A stretch of DNA of 64,000 nt from Vicinamibacteria bacterium (GTDB lineage Bacteria > Acidobacteriota > Vicinamibacteria > Marinacidobacterales > Marinacidobacteraceae), in NCBI GenBank assembly GCA_963668695.2, contig CAXXLQ010000004.1:2336001-2400000 (forward strand). The letters are read 5' to 3'. Shown here piece after piece: positions 9,866 to 19,624 of this stretch. Position numbers and translations under genes: made by a program. Below the pieces are notes generated by a model. The model was given only the letters and a program-made list of their open reading frames with translations. It had not been told where the DNA came from and did no database searches. The first letter of the stretch is position 1. Each line of letters begins with the position of its first letter.

Positions 9866-10788
9866 TTCGGAGGTTCCACGGTGTGGGCAGCGTATACCCC
9901 CTCGATGGTCCGCGCCGGCTCCCGGAGCGCAATCTCCATTTCCATCCCGGGCCAGGTCGCGCCGCGGGGAACGAGTCCCACAATCTCCGAGTGGACCACT
10001 CCGGTGCCGGCGGCGCCGGCTTCCGCAAGAACCCGGCTGAACGCTTCCGCAAGGGACGTCCGACGCCAGTCGAGCAGGTTCATCGAAACCTGCGCGTGTG
10101 CCCGCGGTCCCGCGGGGTCGTGCTGCCGGACCCCGATCGCCCGCAGCGCCGGAAGTCCGCCACTGCTCGTCCGAATCCGCCCGGCGATGACCCGCGCGGT
10201 TTCCACGTCGGTGGTGTCGAGGTTCACGTTGAAGGCAATGAGCGGCTGCCGCGCGCCCACACACAGGCCGCCGGCCGACGGATGAAGGGTGGGCGGTCCG
10301 TAGTCGGGGCGGATTTCACCGCGGGCCAGACGGTTCGCGAGGCCGCGAAGTCCACCCTGGCGGATCTGAGGCAAGGGACGCCCACTCCCCTCGGCTTTCC
10401 CATAAAGAAAGACGGGGACGGATCCCTCGGCGCCGATCTCTTCCGCGAGCGAGCGGGCGACGCTGGCGGCCTCCTCCATGGTGGTTTCTCCGAGCGGCAC
10501 GATGGGCAACACGTCGAATGCTCCGATGCGCGGGTGTTCGCCGCGGTGCCGCCTCAGGTCAATGCGCTGGATTGCGGTCTCGAAGAGGGAGCGAGCCGCC
10601 GCGTGGATTTCCGGGGCGCTGCCGGCGAGCGTCAGTACGGAGCGATGATGGGAAGGGTCGGCGTGAACGTCGAGGAGAGGTCGCCCGGCCGCCTCGATCA
10701 GCCGGTCGAGCGTGTCCCGGGATCGTCCCTCGCTGAAGTTCGGGACCGCTTCGAGCAGCGCCTTCGGGGCCGGCGAGTTGTTGCCCAT
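9862..10788 (-). CDS. ftcD: Glutamate formiminotransferase
   Basis: EAVPNFSEGR, DPSHHRSVLT, HRGEHPRIGAFDVLP, GARQPLIAFNVNL, AQVSMNL. Confidence 0.92.
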   Translation of the reverse strand: MGNNSPAPKALLEAVPNFSEGRSRDTLDRLIEAAGRPLLDVHADPSHHRSVLTLAGSAPEIHAAARSLFETAIQRIDLRRHRGEHPRIGAFDVLPIVPLGETTMEEAASVARSLAEEIGAEGSVPVFLYGKAEGSGRPLPQIRQGGLRGLANRLARGEIRPDYGPPTLHPSAGGLCVGARQPLIAFNVNLDTTDVETARVIAGRIRTSSGGLPALRAIGVRQHDPAGPRAHAQVSMNLLDWRRTSLAEAFSRVLAEAGAAGTGVVHSEIVGLVPRGATWPGMEMEIALREPARTIEGVYAAHTVEPPK

Positions 10789-10901
10789 CCAGCCCTCCTT
10801 GCCGGGACCGCGTCGGGAGAATTCCCGGCATTCCGCCCACGAATGGGACGGCCTAAAGGCCAAGGGCAGCAGTATAGTTTCGGTGTTCTCCGCCATTTCC
10901 G

Positions 10902-12044
10902 GTGCGGGGTTTTTCCCATGATTCGCACTTTCGTTGGTCCCGCTCCGTGAGGCCCGACGAGCCGGGAGAAGGCGCGACCCGGCCCAATCCGGAGTCTGGT
11001 TTGGAGTCCCGTCCGGAGAAGCCGGGCACAACAACACAGCCGCCTCCCCGGTCCGGCGGGGATGTGGAGGCGGCGGGCGCGCAAGCGGCGGGCTCAGACC
11101 AGGCGGCGAGCCCTCGATCCCGAATCGAGGAGACGCTCCGGCGCCGCAGTCCGCGCGGGGTGGAGGAATCCGATTCCGCTCGTGATCGCAAGCGAACCTC
11201 CGGGTTGCATCCCCCCCCGGAAGCTTCCGCCTCGGAGCACTGGAGTTGGACCATCCGGAGACGCGTAGCCGAGGGCAGTCCGGCGCCGGAGTCGGGAGCC
11301 GAACCCGCGGCGGAGGATGAGGCCGGCGCCGGCGAACTCCCACCCGCCTCCCAGGCGACGGAGATCCGGGAACGGGTAGAGCGTCGTCTCCAGGAGGTGG
11401 AGGATCGTCGTAGTCGTAACGTCGCCTCCGCGGGGACTGCGTCGACGCCAACCCCGACGAGCCCGCGGCGAGGCCTCGCCGCCGCGCCCGGATCGGAGGA
11501 GCCGTCGCGCGGGCCGGAAGATGCTCCAGATTGGGAAATGCCCTGGGTTGAAGACGAAGAGGGGCCCAAGCCGCGGGCGGAAATCCTCCCCGCCCGACCC
11601 CCATCGCGCCTTGCCGCCTTCATCGCAACCTGCGGTTTCATCGGGCGGATTCCGATCGCGCCGGGAACATTCGGAGCGGCAGTGGGCCTCCTTGCCTTCA
11701 CCCTGACCCGGAATTTGGCGGGTGGTGTCTCCGTGACTCTGCTCGCGATCGCCGTGGCCGTCGGCGTCTGGGCCGGCGGGCGGCACGCGAAGGATCTTCG
11801 TCAGCCGGACCCGCGCTCCGTAGTGGTGGACGAGTTTTGCGGCATGTGGCTCGCGCTTGTCGGCACGAATCCTTCCCTCCTGGTAGTGGCGATTGCGTTC
11901 GCGGCGTTTCGGTTCCTGGACATCGTGAAGCCGCCGCCCGTTCGACAGGCGGAGCGGCTCGCGGGCGGGGTCGGCATCATGGCCGACGACCTGGTCGCGG
12001 GTGGCATCGTGCGCGTGGCCTTGCTGCTGGCCCTGGGGATGTAG
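10902..12044 (+). CDS. pgpA: Phosphatidylglycerophosphatase A with long low-complexity N-terminal extension (start uncertain)
   Basis: C-terminal GFIGRIPIAPGTFG, DPRSVVVDEFCG, FRFLDIVKP, GIMADDLVAG; precedes cinA. Confidence 0.85.
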   Translation: MRGFSHDSHFRWSRSVRPDEPGEGATRPNPESGLESRPEKPGTTTQPPPRSGGDVEAAGAQAAGSDQAASPRSRIEETLRRRSPRGVEESDSARDRKRTSGLHPPPEASASEHWSWTIRRRVAEGSPAPESGAEPAAEDEAGAGELPPASQATEIRERVERRLQEVEDRRSRNVASAGTASTPTPTSPRRGLAAAPGSEEPSRGPEDAPDWEMPWVEDEEGPKPRAEILPARPPSRLAAFIATCGFIGRIPIAPGTFGAAVGLLAFTLTRNLAGGVSVTLLAIAVAVGVWAGGRHAKDLRQPDPRSVVVDEFCGMWLALVGTNPSLLVVAIAFAAFRFLDIVKPPPVRQAERLAGGVGIMADDLVAGGIVRVALLLALGM

Positions 12045-12056
12045 CCGGTGGCCCTG

Positions 12057-12135
12057 GCAGCCTCTGGACGAAGTCACGCGGCCCAGTTCTCCCGGTGGGG
12101 GCTTCGGCGCTCACGTCCCTTCATCCACAGGCTGC
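12057..12135. mobile_element. Internally deleted mini-copy of MITE A2 with one 18-bp insert
   Basis: GCAGCCTCTGGACGAAGTCACGCGG..CTTCATCCACAGGCTGC ends; 18-mer at 12083-12100. Confidence 0.75.
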
Positions 12136-12241
12136 CAGCTGAGCCCGGGACCGAACCGGGAAGTCGCGGGATGCGAGAGAACTCGTTCTCGGGTCGGGCA
12201 AGGCTCTCGGAGCCGGTCTTCTGACCGCCGGAGGGAGTCTG

Positions 12242-13546
12242 TTGCCGAGCGCGGCGATAGTGGCGGTCGGCACCGAACTTCTCGCGCCTTACCGCACGGA
12301 CCGCAACACCCCGCTCCTGAAGGAGCGGCTCTCGGAAACGGGAGTGCAGGTTGTTTTTTCGGCAGTAGTTCCCGATGAGGAATCCGTCATGGAGGAGACT
12401 CTTCGGGCCGCTCTCCGGCGCTGCCGGTTCGTCTTTGTTTGCGGCGGTCTCGGTCCGACCACCGACGACGTAACGCGATTCGTCGCCGCCAGCCTTCTGG
12501 AAGTCCCGCTTGTCGAGGATGCGGCCTCACTCGCCAGGATTGAGTCCCGCTTCAGAAGCCGCGGAATGGAAATGCCGGGGGTGAACCGCCAGCAGGCGCT
12601 GATACCTGACGGGGCGGCGGCGCTGCCCAATCCAGCGGGAACCGCGCCCGGAGTGCTGGCGCGCACGGACGAGGGGGCGTGGCTCGTGCTCCTCCCCGGG
12701 CCACCGTCGGAACTGACCGCCATGTTCGACGCGGAGGTTCGTCCCCGACTGGCGCGCGAAATCGGACTGTCGGAGGGTCGGGTTCGCGAGACGCTCGGGA
12801 TCGCGGGTTTGCCTGAATCGGTCCTGCAGGAGCGCATTCTGGATCTCACTCCGGCAAGGAATGCGCCCGAGCAACTCGCGATCCTCGCCTCCGGCGGCGA
12901 GATCGACGTTCGGGTGACCGGACCCCCTGGACGGAAGGCGGAAGTCCGGCGGTTGGCTGACCGGATGGCCGGGCGGTTGGGCAGTGCAGTCTTCACCAGG
13001 ACGGCCGGGGAGCATCTTGAACACGTGGTGGGGCGCACGCTCACGGGACGTGGAGAGCGCGCCGCCTTTGCGGAATCGCTTACCGGAGGACTGATCGCCG
13101 AGCGGGTTACCCGCGTTCCGGGGTCCTCGGCGTGGTTCGATCTGGGGATCGTGGCCTACGCCAACGCGGCGAAGCGCGATCTGCTGGAGGTCCCGGACAG
13201 CGTGCTCGGAGAGCACGGAGCGGTCAGCGAAGCCGTGGCGGTGGCGATGGCTGATGGTGCTCGCCGCCGGTCCGGGAATGTTTGGGGCGTTGCCGTCACC
13301 GGGATCGCCGGGCCGGGCGGGGGGAGCGTGGAGAAGCCGGTGGGTCTCGTCTGGATCGCCGTCAGCGGGCCCGTCTTGCGCACGCAGCGGTTCCGCTTTC
13401 CCGGAGACCGGTCGCTCGTCAGGCAACTCACCGCGACGGCGGCTCTCGATCTGCTCCGCCGGACGATGCTCGCAGCCGGTGGGCAGAGTGACGTGAGCGC
13501 CGAGAGCGGCCAGTCTCCCGGTCGGGGCGAGGCGCCCGGCCTTTAG
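12242..13546 (+). CDS. cinA: CinA competence/damage-inducible protein (MocF + NMN deamidase domains)
   Basis: AVGTELL, GGLGPTTDDVT, NPAGTAPG, AESLTGG, GSSAWF, HGAVSE, TGIAGPGGG, KPVGLVWI. Confidence 0.95.
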   Translation: MPSAAIVAVGTELLAPYRTDRNTPLLKERLSETGVQVVFSAVVPDEESVMEETLRAALRRCRFVFVCGGLGPTTDDVTRFVAASLLEVPLVEDAASLARIESRFRSRGMEMPGVNRQQALIPDGAAALPNPAGTAPGVLARTDEGAWLVLLPGPPSELTAMFDAEVRPRLAREIGLSEGRVRETLGIAGLPESVLQERILDLTPARNAPEQLAILASGGEIDVRVTGPPGRKAEVRRLADRMAGRLGSAVFTRTAGEHLEHVVGRTLTGRGERAAFAESLTGGLIAERVTRVPGSSAWFDLGIVAYANAAKRDLLEVPDSVLGEHGAVSEAVAVAMADGARRRSGNVWGVAVTGIAGPGGGSVEKPVGLVWIAVSGPVLRTQRFRFPGDRSLVRQLTATAALDLLRRTMLAAGGQSDVSAESGQSPGRGEAPGL

Positions 13547-13782
13547 TAGCCCGTGGAAAAAGCACCCCGCACTGTTCCCAGGGCGCCACGTACGCCGAAT
13601 GCGTCGGTTTTCTGTGTGCGGGACGCTTTTCCTACGGGCTGTTGATGTCGCGTATCGCTCCGCGATCCGCGACATCGGTTTTCGTGGTGAGGGGAAACCC
13701 CTCCCCACGCCCCTCCCCACGCCCCTCCTCTGCAGCGCTCCGCGCCGCGGATGGGCAGATGCAGACTTTCACCACCGGTTGT
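13546..13782. mobile_element. MITE family B
   Basis: TA then GTAGCCCGTGGAAAAAG ... TTTCACCACCGGTTGT (ends similar to family A); core TTTCGTGGxGAGGGGAAACCCCTCCCCAC shared with 38668-38890, 61160-61296 and 63850-63935. Confidence 0.7.
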
Positions 13783-14041
13783 TGAGGCGCTGGAAGATGC
13801 GTGGGCCGCAGTCACGGCGGATTCCCGTTTCCTCCCGTATGTGCAACTCCACGGTTCGAGGCCTGCCTCTTCACAGATATCGCTCTCGTCTGAAGGCCCC
13901 CACCGGGAGAACTGGCCGGCGTTCCTTTGCGGCCGGCGCCATCGGGACGGTCGGCCTGCCCGCGAGGCTGTATTTCACAGCGACTGGGCCGCGTGACTCT
14001 GCCCACCGGCTGCTCAAGTGCGAGGATCTCGCCCCGTCCCC

Positions 14042-14674
14042 ATGGAACGCGGAGTAGCGGTCCATCCGCCGCGGCTCTTCGCGGCCCTGCCGCTTCCGGA
14101 GCGCCTCCGAAAGGAGCTCTTTGCCGCTTCGGGTGCGATCGCCGGGTTGCTCCCGGCCTCCCTCTTCCGGCGGGTCCCTCCCGAGAACCTGCATCTGACG
14201 CTGCGCTTTTTCGGCGCCGAAACGGGCTCGCTTGACCGCGAGGGAATCGCGGCTCTGCTCCGCGAGCGCCTCGGGGCTTGTCCACCGGGACCGCTGACTC
14301 TGAAGGCCTCTGAGGTGTCGGCTTTCGCCTCTCTCCGCCGGGCCCGGATCGTCTGGGTGGGTCTCAGCGAGGAAGGAATCACGAAAGGCGAATCGGGGCG
14401 CCTCCTGTCCCTCCAGCAGGAGGTGGAGGCGGTGGCGCGGGACATCGGCCTCGCTCCGGAGAATCGCCCTTTCGTTCCCCACGTGACGCTAGGCCGTTTG
14501 CGCTCCCCGTCGCGCCTCCCGGTGCAGGGGCTCGCGGCCGCCGGCCCCGCCGCGCCCGGTAGCGCCTGGTCCTCGGATTTCACCGTCCGGGAATTCGTTC
14601 TGTTTGCCAGCTTCCTCACCCCGGGCGGGGCGATTTACGAGCCTCTCAGCCGCTTCCCGCTGGAGGCGCGCTGA
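14042..14674 (+). CDS. thpR: RNA 2',3'-cyclic phosphodiesterase (2H family)
   Basis: RLFAALPL, NLHLTLRFFG and FVPHVTLGR (two HxT motifs); follows cinA. Confidence 0.92.
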   Translation: MERGVAVHPPRLFAALPLPERLRKELFAASGAIAGLLPASLFRRVPPENLHLTLRFFGAETGSLDREGIAALLRERLGACPPGPLTLKASEVSAFASLRRARIVWVGLSEEGITKGESGRLLSLQQEVEAVARDIGLAPENRPFVPHVTLGRLRSPSRLPVQGLAAAGPAAPGSAWSSDFTVREFVLFASFLTPGGAIYEPLSRFPLEAR

Positions 14675-14689
14675 CCGCAGGTCGGTTTC

Positions 14690-15847
14690 CTACCGCCCGC
14701 CGCTTTCTTCCGGCCCGGAAGCGGCCAGCCGAAATTCCGCGAGGAGGTCGGGGCCAAGGCAGGCATAGCGCGCCGAGCGGCGGTCGGGCTGGGCGTACGG
14801 CAATTCCCGGTGCTGTTCGGCCGGAGCCCTGGTGGCGTCGAAGAGCCCGGTTCCCTCGGCACGGCCCAGAAAACGCGGAGCCATGTAGAGCACCAGGCGG
14901 TCGGCCAGTCCCTGTTGCAGGAAGGCCGATGTGAGCCGGGGGCCTGCCTCGACCAGGAGGGTGTGCGCACCGCGGCGCCCCACCTCCGCCAGGACCGCTT
15001 CGAGCGCAATGGGCTGCGTCACGCCGTCAGCCGGGGCGCCCGGGACGTCGGCGACCGCGGCCTCGACCACCTCGGCGCCCAGGCCCTCCAACCGGCGGCG
15101 GGCCGGTTCCGGAGCGTCGGGTGCGCAAATTACGAGCACCGGATCATGGTCCAGGCCGCGGAGGATGCGCGCCTCCGGAGGAATTCTGAGGCTCGGGTCC
15201 AGAATCACGCGCAGGAGGGGGCGGGAACCGCGTCGGGGTCTGGGCGTGAGGAGAGGGTCGTCGGCCGCCACCGTCGCGATTCCGGTGAGGATGGCATCGT
15301 TTTCCCGGCGCAGCACTCTCCCGTGCCGGCGGGTGCGCGGGCGGGTAATCCAGCGCGTGCCCGGTGGGGCCATGACTCCATCCACGGAAATCGCGGCCTT
15401 CACCGTCACCCAGGGGGTGCCGGTCCTGAGGAATTTGAAGAACGACGGATTCAGGTCCTGCGCTTCCTGGCGAAGGACTCCCGTCGTGACGTCAACGCCC
15501 GCGGAGCGAAGGCGATCGAATCCTCCTCCCCGAACCCGCGGGTCGGGGTCCGCGTGCGAGGCGACGACCCGACGGACTCCCGAGGCGATGATCCGTTCTA
15601 CGCAGGGCGGGGTTCGTCCGACGTGGCAGCAGGGTTCGAGGTTGACGTAGAGCGTGGCGCCCCGGGCCGCGTTACCCACCGTGAGGACCTGGGCTTCCGC
15701 GTGCGGGCGTCCGGCGCGGGCGTGGAAACCTTCGGAAAGGACGTGTTCGTCGCGTACCAAAACGGCGCCCACCGCCGGGTTGGGCGGCGCCGTGTACTGG
15801 CCCAGCAGGGCGAGTTCGAGCGCCCGCCGCATAAAGCGATTGTCCAC
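14690..15847 (-). CDS. ribD: Riboflavin biosynthesis deaminase/reductase RibD
   Basis: PNPAVGAVLV, HAEAQ, LEPCCHVGRTPPC, LLVEAGP. Confidence 0.95.
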   Translation of the reverse strand: MDNRFMRRALELALLGQYTAPPNPAVGAVLVRDEHVLSEGFHARAGRPHAEAQVLTVGNAARGATLYVNLEPCCHVGRTPPCVERIIASGVRRVVASHADPDPRVRGGGFDRLRSAGVDVTTGVLRQEAQDLNPSFFKFLRTGTPWVTVKAAISVDGVMAPPGTRWITRPRTRRHGRVLRRENDAILTGIATVAADDPLLTPRPRRGSRPLLRVILDPSLRIPPEARILRGLDHDPVLVICAPDAPEPARRRLEGLGAEVVEAAVADVPGAPADGVTQPIALEAVLAEVGRRGAHTLLVEAGPRLTSAFLQQGLADRLVLYMAPRFLGRAEGTGLFDATRAPAEQHRELPYAQPDRRSARYACLGPDLLAEFRLAASGPEESGGR

Positions 15848-15869
15848 GAAGCGGATCGTATGGGGGCCG

Positions 15870-16158
15870 GCAGCCTGTGGACAAGGTCGCGCGGCGTTCC
15901 CGAGCCAGAAGAGATGGGGGTCGGGTGGTCCCGCCCCCCATCCCTTCCGCTCCGGGGTCTGCGCGGTGCTGGCGCCCCGTTCCGGAAACGAGCGGCGATG
16001 CATCCCGGCTGAACCACGCCGCGTCGCGTCGCTCATCGTTGCGCTTCGGTCGAAATGCAGCCGGGCCAGTTCTCCCGGTGGGGGCTCCTCCCTCGCGCGC
16101 CTTGTCAGCCGGCGGCCTCACCGCTCTCGGCGCTCACGCCACTTTGTCCACAGGCCGC
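15870..16158. mobile_element. MITE A2 with one 18-bp insert and a nested ~83-bp insert
   Basis: GCAGCCTGTGGACAAGGT ... ACTTTGTCCACAGGCCGC; lies between the divergent ribD and ribE. Confidence 0.82.
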
Positions 16159-16201
16159 TGAGCTTGCGCGGCGGGAGCGGATCGGGCAATCTCCCTGTCG
16201 C

Positions 16202-16831
16202 ATGTTCACCGGGCTGGTCAGCGCCGTCGGAGAGGTAGTGACAGTGGAGGATCTCGAGGCCGGACGGCTTCTCACTGTCGCCCATCGTGGCGGAGAGTTC
16301 ACCGGCCTTGGTGTTGGTGACAGCGTCGCGGTGTCCGGGGTCTGCCTTACCGCGGTGGCGGCCGGGTCCGAGTTCACCTCGTTCCAGGTGGCGGCCGAGA
16401 CGCTATCCCTGACGACGCTGGGCAGTGCACGGCTGGGAACCCGGGTGAATCTGGAGTTGCCCCTGCGCGCCACCGATCGCCTGGGCGGGCACTTCGTCCA
16501 GGGACACGTGGACGGGTGTGGAGAGGTGATCGCGGCGGGCGGATCCGACGCCGACTACCGGGTTCTGGTTCGGCACGGCGAGCCCCGGTGGATTGTCCGC
16601 AAGGGTTCGATCGCGCTGGACGGAGTCAGCCTGACGGTGGCGTCTTCCTCGCCCGACGAAGCGTGCTTCGAAGTGATGCTGATTCCCCACACGCGGGCCG
16701 CCACGACTCTCGGTGCTCTCCGGGAGGGGGACCGGGTCAATCTGGAGTACGACATCCTGGCCAAGTACGTTGGTGCGCTTGTTCCGGGTCCAGCCGGTGG
16801 CCCGGGAGGAACGGGCGGAGGCCGAGGCTAA
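16202..16831 (+). CDS. ribE: Riboflavin synthase alpha chain
   Basis: MFTGLV start motif, [38 protein letters not shown]. Confidence 0.96.
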   Translation: MFTGLVSAVGEVVTVEDLEAGRLLTVAHRGGEFTGLGVGDSVAVSGVCLTAVAAGSEFTSFQVAAETLSLTTLGSARLGTRVNLELPLRATDRLGGHFVQGHVDGCGEVIAAGGSDADYRVLVRHGEPRWIVRKGSIALDGVSLTVASSSPDEACFEVMLIPHTRAATTLGALREGDRVNLEYDILAKYVGALVPGPAGGPGGTGGGRG

Positions 16832-17207
16832 CAGCCGGTGGTGGAACCCGGGTGAGCGCCGAGCCCGGCCAGTTCTCCCGGTGGGGGCGAGGCGCTCGGC
16901 TGACAAGGCGCGTGAGGGAGGAGCCCCCACCGGGAGAACTGGCCCGGGTGTATTCCGACCGAAACGCAACGATGAGCGGCGCAAAGCGACGCGTTCAGCC
17001 GGGATGGATCGCCGGCCGAGCCCCCACCGGGAGAACTGGGCCGCGTGGGTTTCACTACCGGTTGTTTGGCCGGGATGCATCGCCGGGCGAGCCCCCACCG
17101 GGAGAACTGGGCCGCGTGGGTTTCACTACCGGTTGTTTGGCCGGGATGCATCGCCGGGCGAGCCCCCACCGGGAGAACTGGGCCGCGTGGGTTTCGCCAC
17201 CGGCTGT
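16831..17207. mobile_element. MITE A (235 bp, three 18-bp inserts) with its right 71 bp tandemly triplicated
   Basis: Begins in the ribE TAA; 71-bp units at 16998, 17069 and 17140. Confidence 0.88.
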
Positions 17208-17268
17208 AGAATCCCTCTTTGAGACGGTTTCCGAACGAGGGCCTTCGGTCCGACGAGGGGTTGCGCGC

Positions 17269-18498
17269 GTGCCTGACACGGGAAAGAGTGAATCCACGCC
17301 GTTTTGGCCGGTGGAGCGGGCCGTTCGGGAGATTGCGGCCGGGCGGATGGTCATCGTGGTGGATGACCAGGATCGTGAGAACGAGGGCGATCTGACCATC
17401 GCTGCTGAAAAGGTCACCCCCGACGCGATCAACTTCATGGCCACGCACGGGCGCGGCCTCATCTGCCTGCCGATGACCGGCGAACGTCTCGACGAACTGG
17501 ACGTGCCGCTGATGGTCCAGGAAAACACTTCGGTGCACGAGACCGCGTTTTGCGTCTCTGTCGAAGCGAGAGACGGCGTCACGACCGGCATCTCCGCTGC
17601 CGACCGCGCCCGCACCATCCAGGTTGCGATTCACGAGGAGACACGTCCCGCGGAACTCGTCCGCCCCGGCCACGTCTTTCCGCTCCGCGCCCGTCCCGGG
17701 GGAGTGCTGCAGCGCGCGGGGCAGACCGAAGCAGGAGTGGATCTGGCCCGGATTGCAGGGCTTTATCCCGCGGCGGTGATCTGCGAGGTGATGAAGGAAG
17801 ACGGGACGATGGCTCGGCTTCCTGATCTCATGACTTTCGCGGAAGAGCACGGGATGGCGGTCGTGAGCGTGGCCGACCTGATCCGCTATCGGCTGGGCAC
17901 CGAGTCGTTGGTCCGCCGGCTGGTGGCAACGGTTCTCCCCACCCGGTTCGGCGCGTTCCGGACGACCGCCTACGAAAACACGCTCGACGGAACCAAGCAC
18001 CTGGTTCTGCAAATGGGAGAGGCCTGTCCGGACACGCCCGTTTTGGTGCGCGTCCACAGCCAGTGCCTTACCGGTGAAGTCTTCGGGTCCATGCGATGCG
18101 ACTGCGGCCCCCAGCTCGAGGCGGCCCTCGCTCGAATCGGCCACGAGGGTTCCGGAGTGCTGCTCTACCTGAACCAGGAGGGCAGGGGCATCGGCCTCGT
18201 CAACAAGCTGCGGGCCTATGCCGCCCAGGACGGCGGTCTCGATACCGTGGACGCCAACACCCACCTCGGGTTCCGCGCCGATCAACGCGAGTATGGCATC
18301 GGGGCCCAGATCCTCCGCGACCTCGGAGTGGGTCGTATTCGACTGTTGACCAACAATCCGCGGAAGTTCGTCGCGCTCGAGGCGCACGGTCTCGTCATCG
18401 AGGAGCGCGTTCCGATCGAGATTCCGGCGAACAAGTACTCCCGCAACTATCTGCGCACCAAGAAGGAACGCATGGGCCACCTCCTGACGGAGGTATAA
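17269..18498 (+). CDS. ribBA: Bifunctional DHBP synthase / GTP cyclohydrolase II
   Basis: [61 protein letters not shown]. Confidence 0.97.
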   Translation: MPDTGKSESTPFWPVERAVREIAAGRMVIVVDDQDRENEGDLTIAAEKVTPDAINFMATHGRGLICLPMTGERLDELDVPLMVQENTSVHETAFCVSVEARDGVTTGISAADRARTIQVAIHEETRPAELVRPGHVFPLRARPGGVLQRAGQTEAGVDLARIAGLYPAAVICEVMKEDGTMARLPDLMTFAEEHGMAVVSVADLIRYRLGTESLVRRLVATVLPTRFGAFRTTAYENTLDGTKHLVLQMGEACPDTPVLVRVHSQCLTGEVFGSMRCDCGPQLEAALARIGHEGSGVLLYLNQEGRGIGLVNKLRAYAAQDGGLDTVDANTHLGFRADQREYGIGAQILRDLGVGRIRLLTNNPRKFVALEAHGLVIEERVPIEIPANKYSRNYLRTKKERMGHLLTEV

Positions 18499-18696
18499 CA
18501 GCCTGTGGTGAAACCCACGCGGCCCAGTTCTCCCGGTGGGGGCTCGGTCGGCGATCCATCCCGGCTGAACCGCGTCGCTTCGCGCCGCTCATCGTTGCGT
18601 TTCGGTCGAAATACACTCGGTATTCCTCCTTCACGCGCCTTGTCAGCCGGGCGCCTCACCGGCCTCGGCGCTCACGCGGGTTCCACCACAGGCTGT
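18498..18696. mobile_element. MITE A, 199 bp = 181 + one 18-bp insert
   Basis: TA-ACAGCCTGTGGTGAAACCC ... GGGTTCCACCACAGGCTGT-TA; begins in the ribBA stop codon. Confidence 0.92.
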
Positions 18697-18697
18697 T

Positions 18698-18748
18698 AGG
18701 AGCGCCGGCCAGTTCTCCCGGTGGGGCCTTCAGACCGGCATCGCCCCC
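18698..18748. repeat. REP-like hairpin repeat (GGAGCGCCGG..CAGACCGGCATCGCCC) with an 18-bp insert
   Basis: Related copies at about 2748, 13885, 23846, 26238, 44583, 44958 and 61092. Confidence 0.7.
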
Positions 18749-18779
18749 CACAGGGGGGCGACACTCCCATCGCTGCCCC

Positions 18780-18845
18780 CTGGATGAGCTCTGGATGAGC
18801 TCTGGATGAGCCCTGGATGAGCCCTGGATGAGCCCTGGATGAGCT
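18780..18845. repeat. 11-bp tandem repeat CTGGATGAGC(T/C) x6
   Basis: Six consecutive units read directly from the sequence. Confidence 0.95.
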
Positions 18846-19051
18846 GTTGCCGCCCGCTGTAGCGCCGGTCTTCAGGCCCCGCCGGAAGAATTGGCGAGCA
18901 GCGTCCCCCGCGGGGGAGCGAAACCCTCACTATCCAACTTCACGGCCCGCGACACCGGAAGCGCGGTGCCCCATCCATCCCAAAGGCGCCGACGGCGCTT
19001 CGCCCTCGCTTGGTACGATCCCACCGACCAACCCCTGAAGGGAGCGATTTC

Positions 19052-19624
19052 TTGGCCAACACCTACGCGACAAACGAGTTCCGCAGCGGGCTCAAGGTCC
19101 TGCTCGATTCCGACCCCTGCGTCCTGATCGACTGCGAGTTCGTAAAGCCCGGCAAGGGGCAGACGTTCACCCGCATCCGCTACCGGAACCTCAAGACGGG
19201 CCGGGTTCTTGACAAGACCTTCAAGTCGGGCGAGAAAGTGGAAGCCGCCGACGTGATGGACACCGAGATGGAGTTCCTCTACAGCGACGGCGGCGAGTGG
19301 CACTTCATGGACCCGAACACCTACGAGCAGTACGCGGCCGGCCGCGCGGTGCTTGATGGCCAGGAGAAATGGCTGCTCCAGGGCATGAACTGCGGCGTCA
19401 CGCTCTACAACGACGCCATCCTGCTGGTTCACCCCCCCCACTTCGTGGACCTCAAGGTGGTCGAAACCGAACCCGGGATCCGGGGGGATACCGCGACCGG
19501 CGGTTCGAAGAACGCCACCCTGGAGACCGGCACCGTGGTGCGGGTTCCGCTGTTCATCGAAGCGGGCGAGGCGCTTCGCCTCGACACGCGTTCCGGCGAG
19601 TACGTGTCCCGGGTAAGGAACTGA
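19052..19624 (+). CDS. efp: Elongation factor P
   Basis: EFVKPGKGQ loop, RGDTATGGSK, VPLFI, DTRSGEYVSR; TTG start after GAAGGGAG. Confidence 0.97.
   Translation: MANTYATNEFRSGLKVLLDSDPCVLIDCEFVKPGKGQTFTRIRYRNLKTGRVLDKTFKSGEKVEAADVMDTEMEFLYSDGGEWHFMDPNTYEQYAAGRAVLDGQEKWLLQGMNCGVTLYNDAILLVHPPHFVDLKVVETEPGIRGDTATGGSKNATLETGTVVRVPLFIEAGEALRLDTRSGEYVSRVRN

Noticed and set aside
15848-16201. Possible FMN riboswitch between ribD and ribE
   Set aside because: No RFN consensus recognised, and the interval is almost entirely a MITE
16828-18480. Long antisense ORFs (also 1334-2524, 20540-23845, 47039-48244 and others)
   Set aside because: Shadow frames of real high-GC genes on the opposite strand
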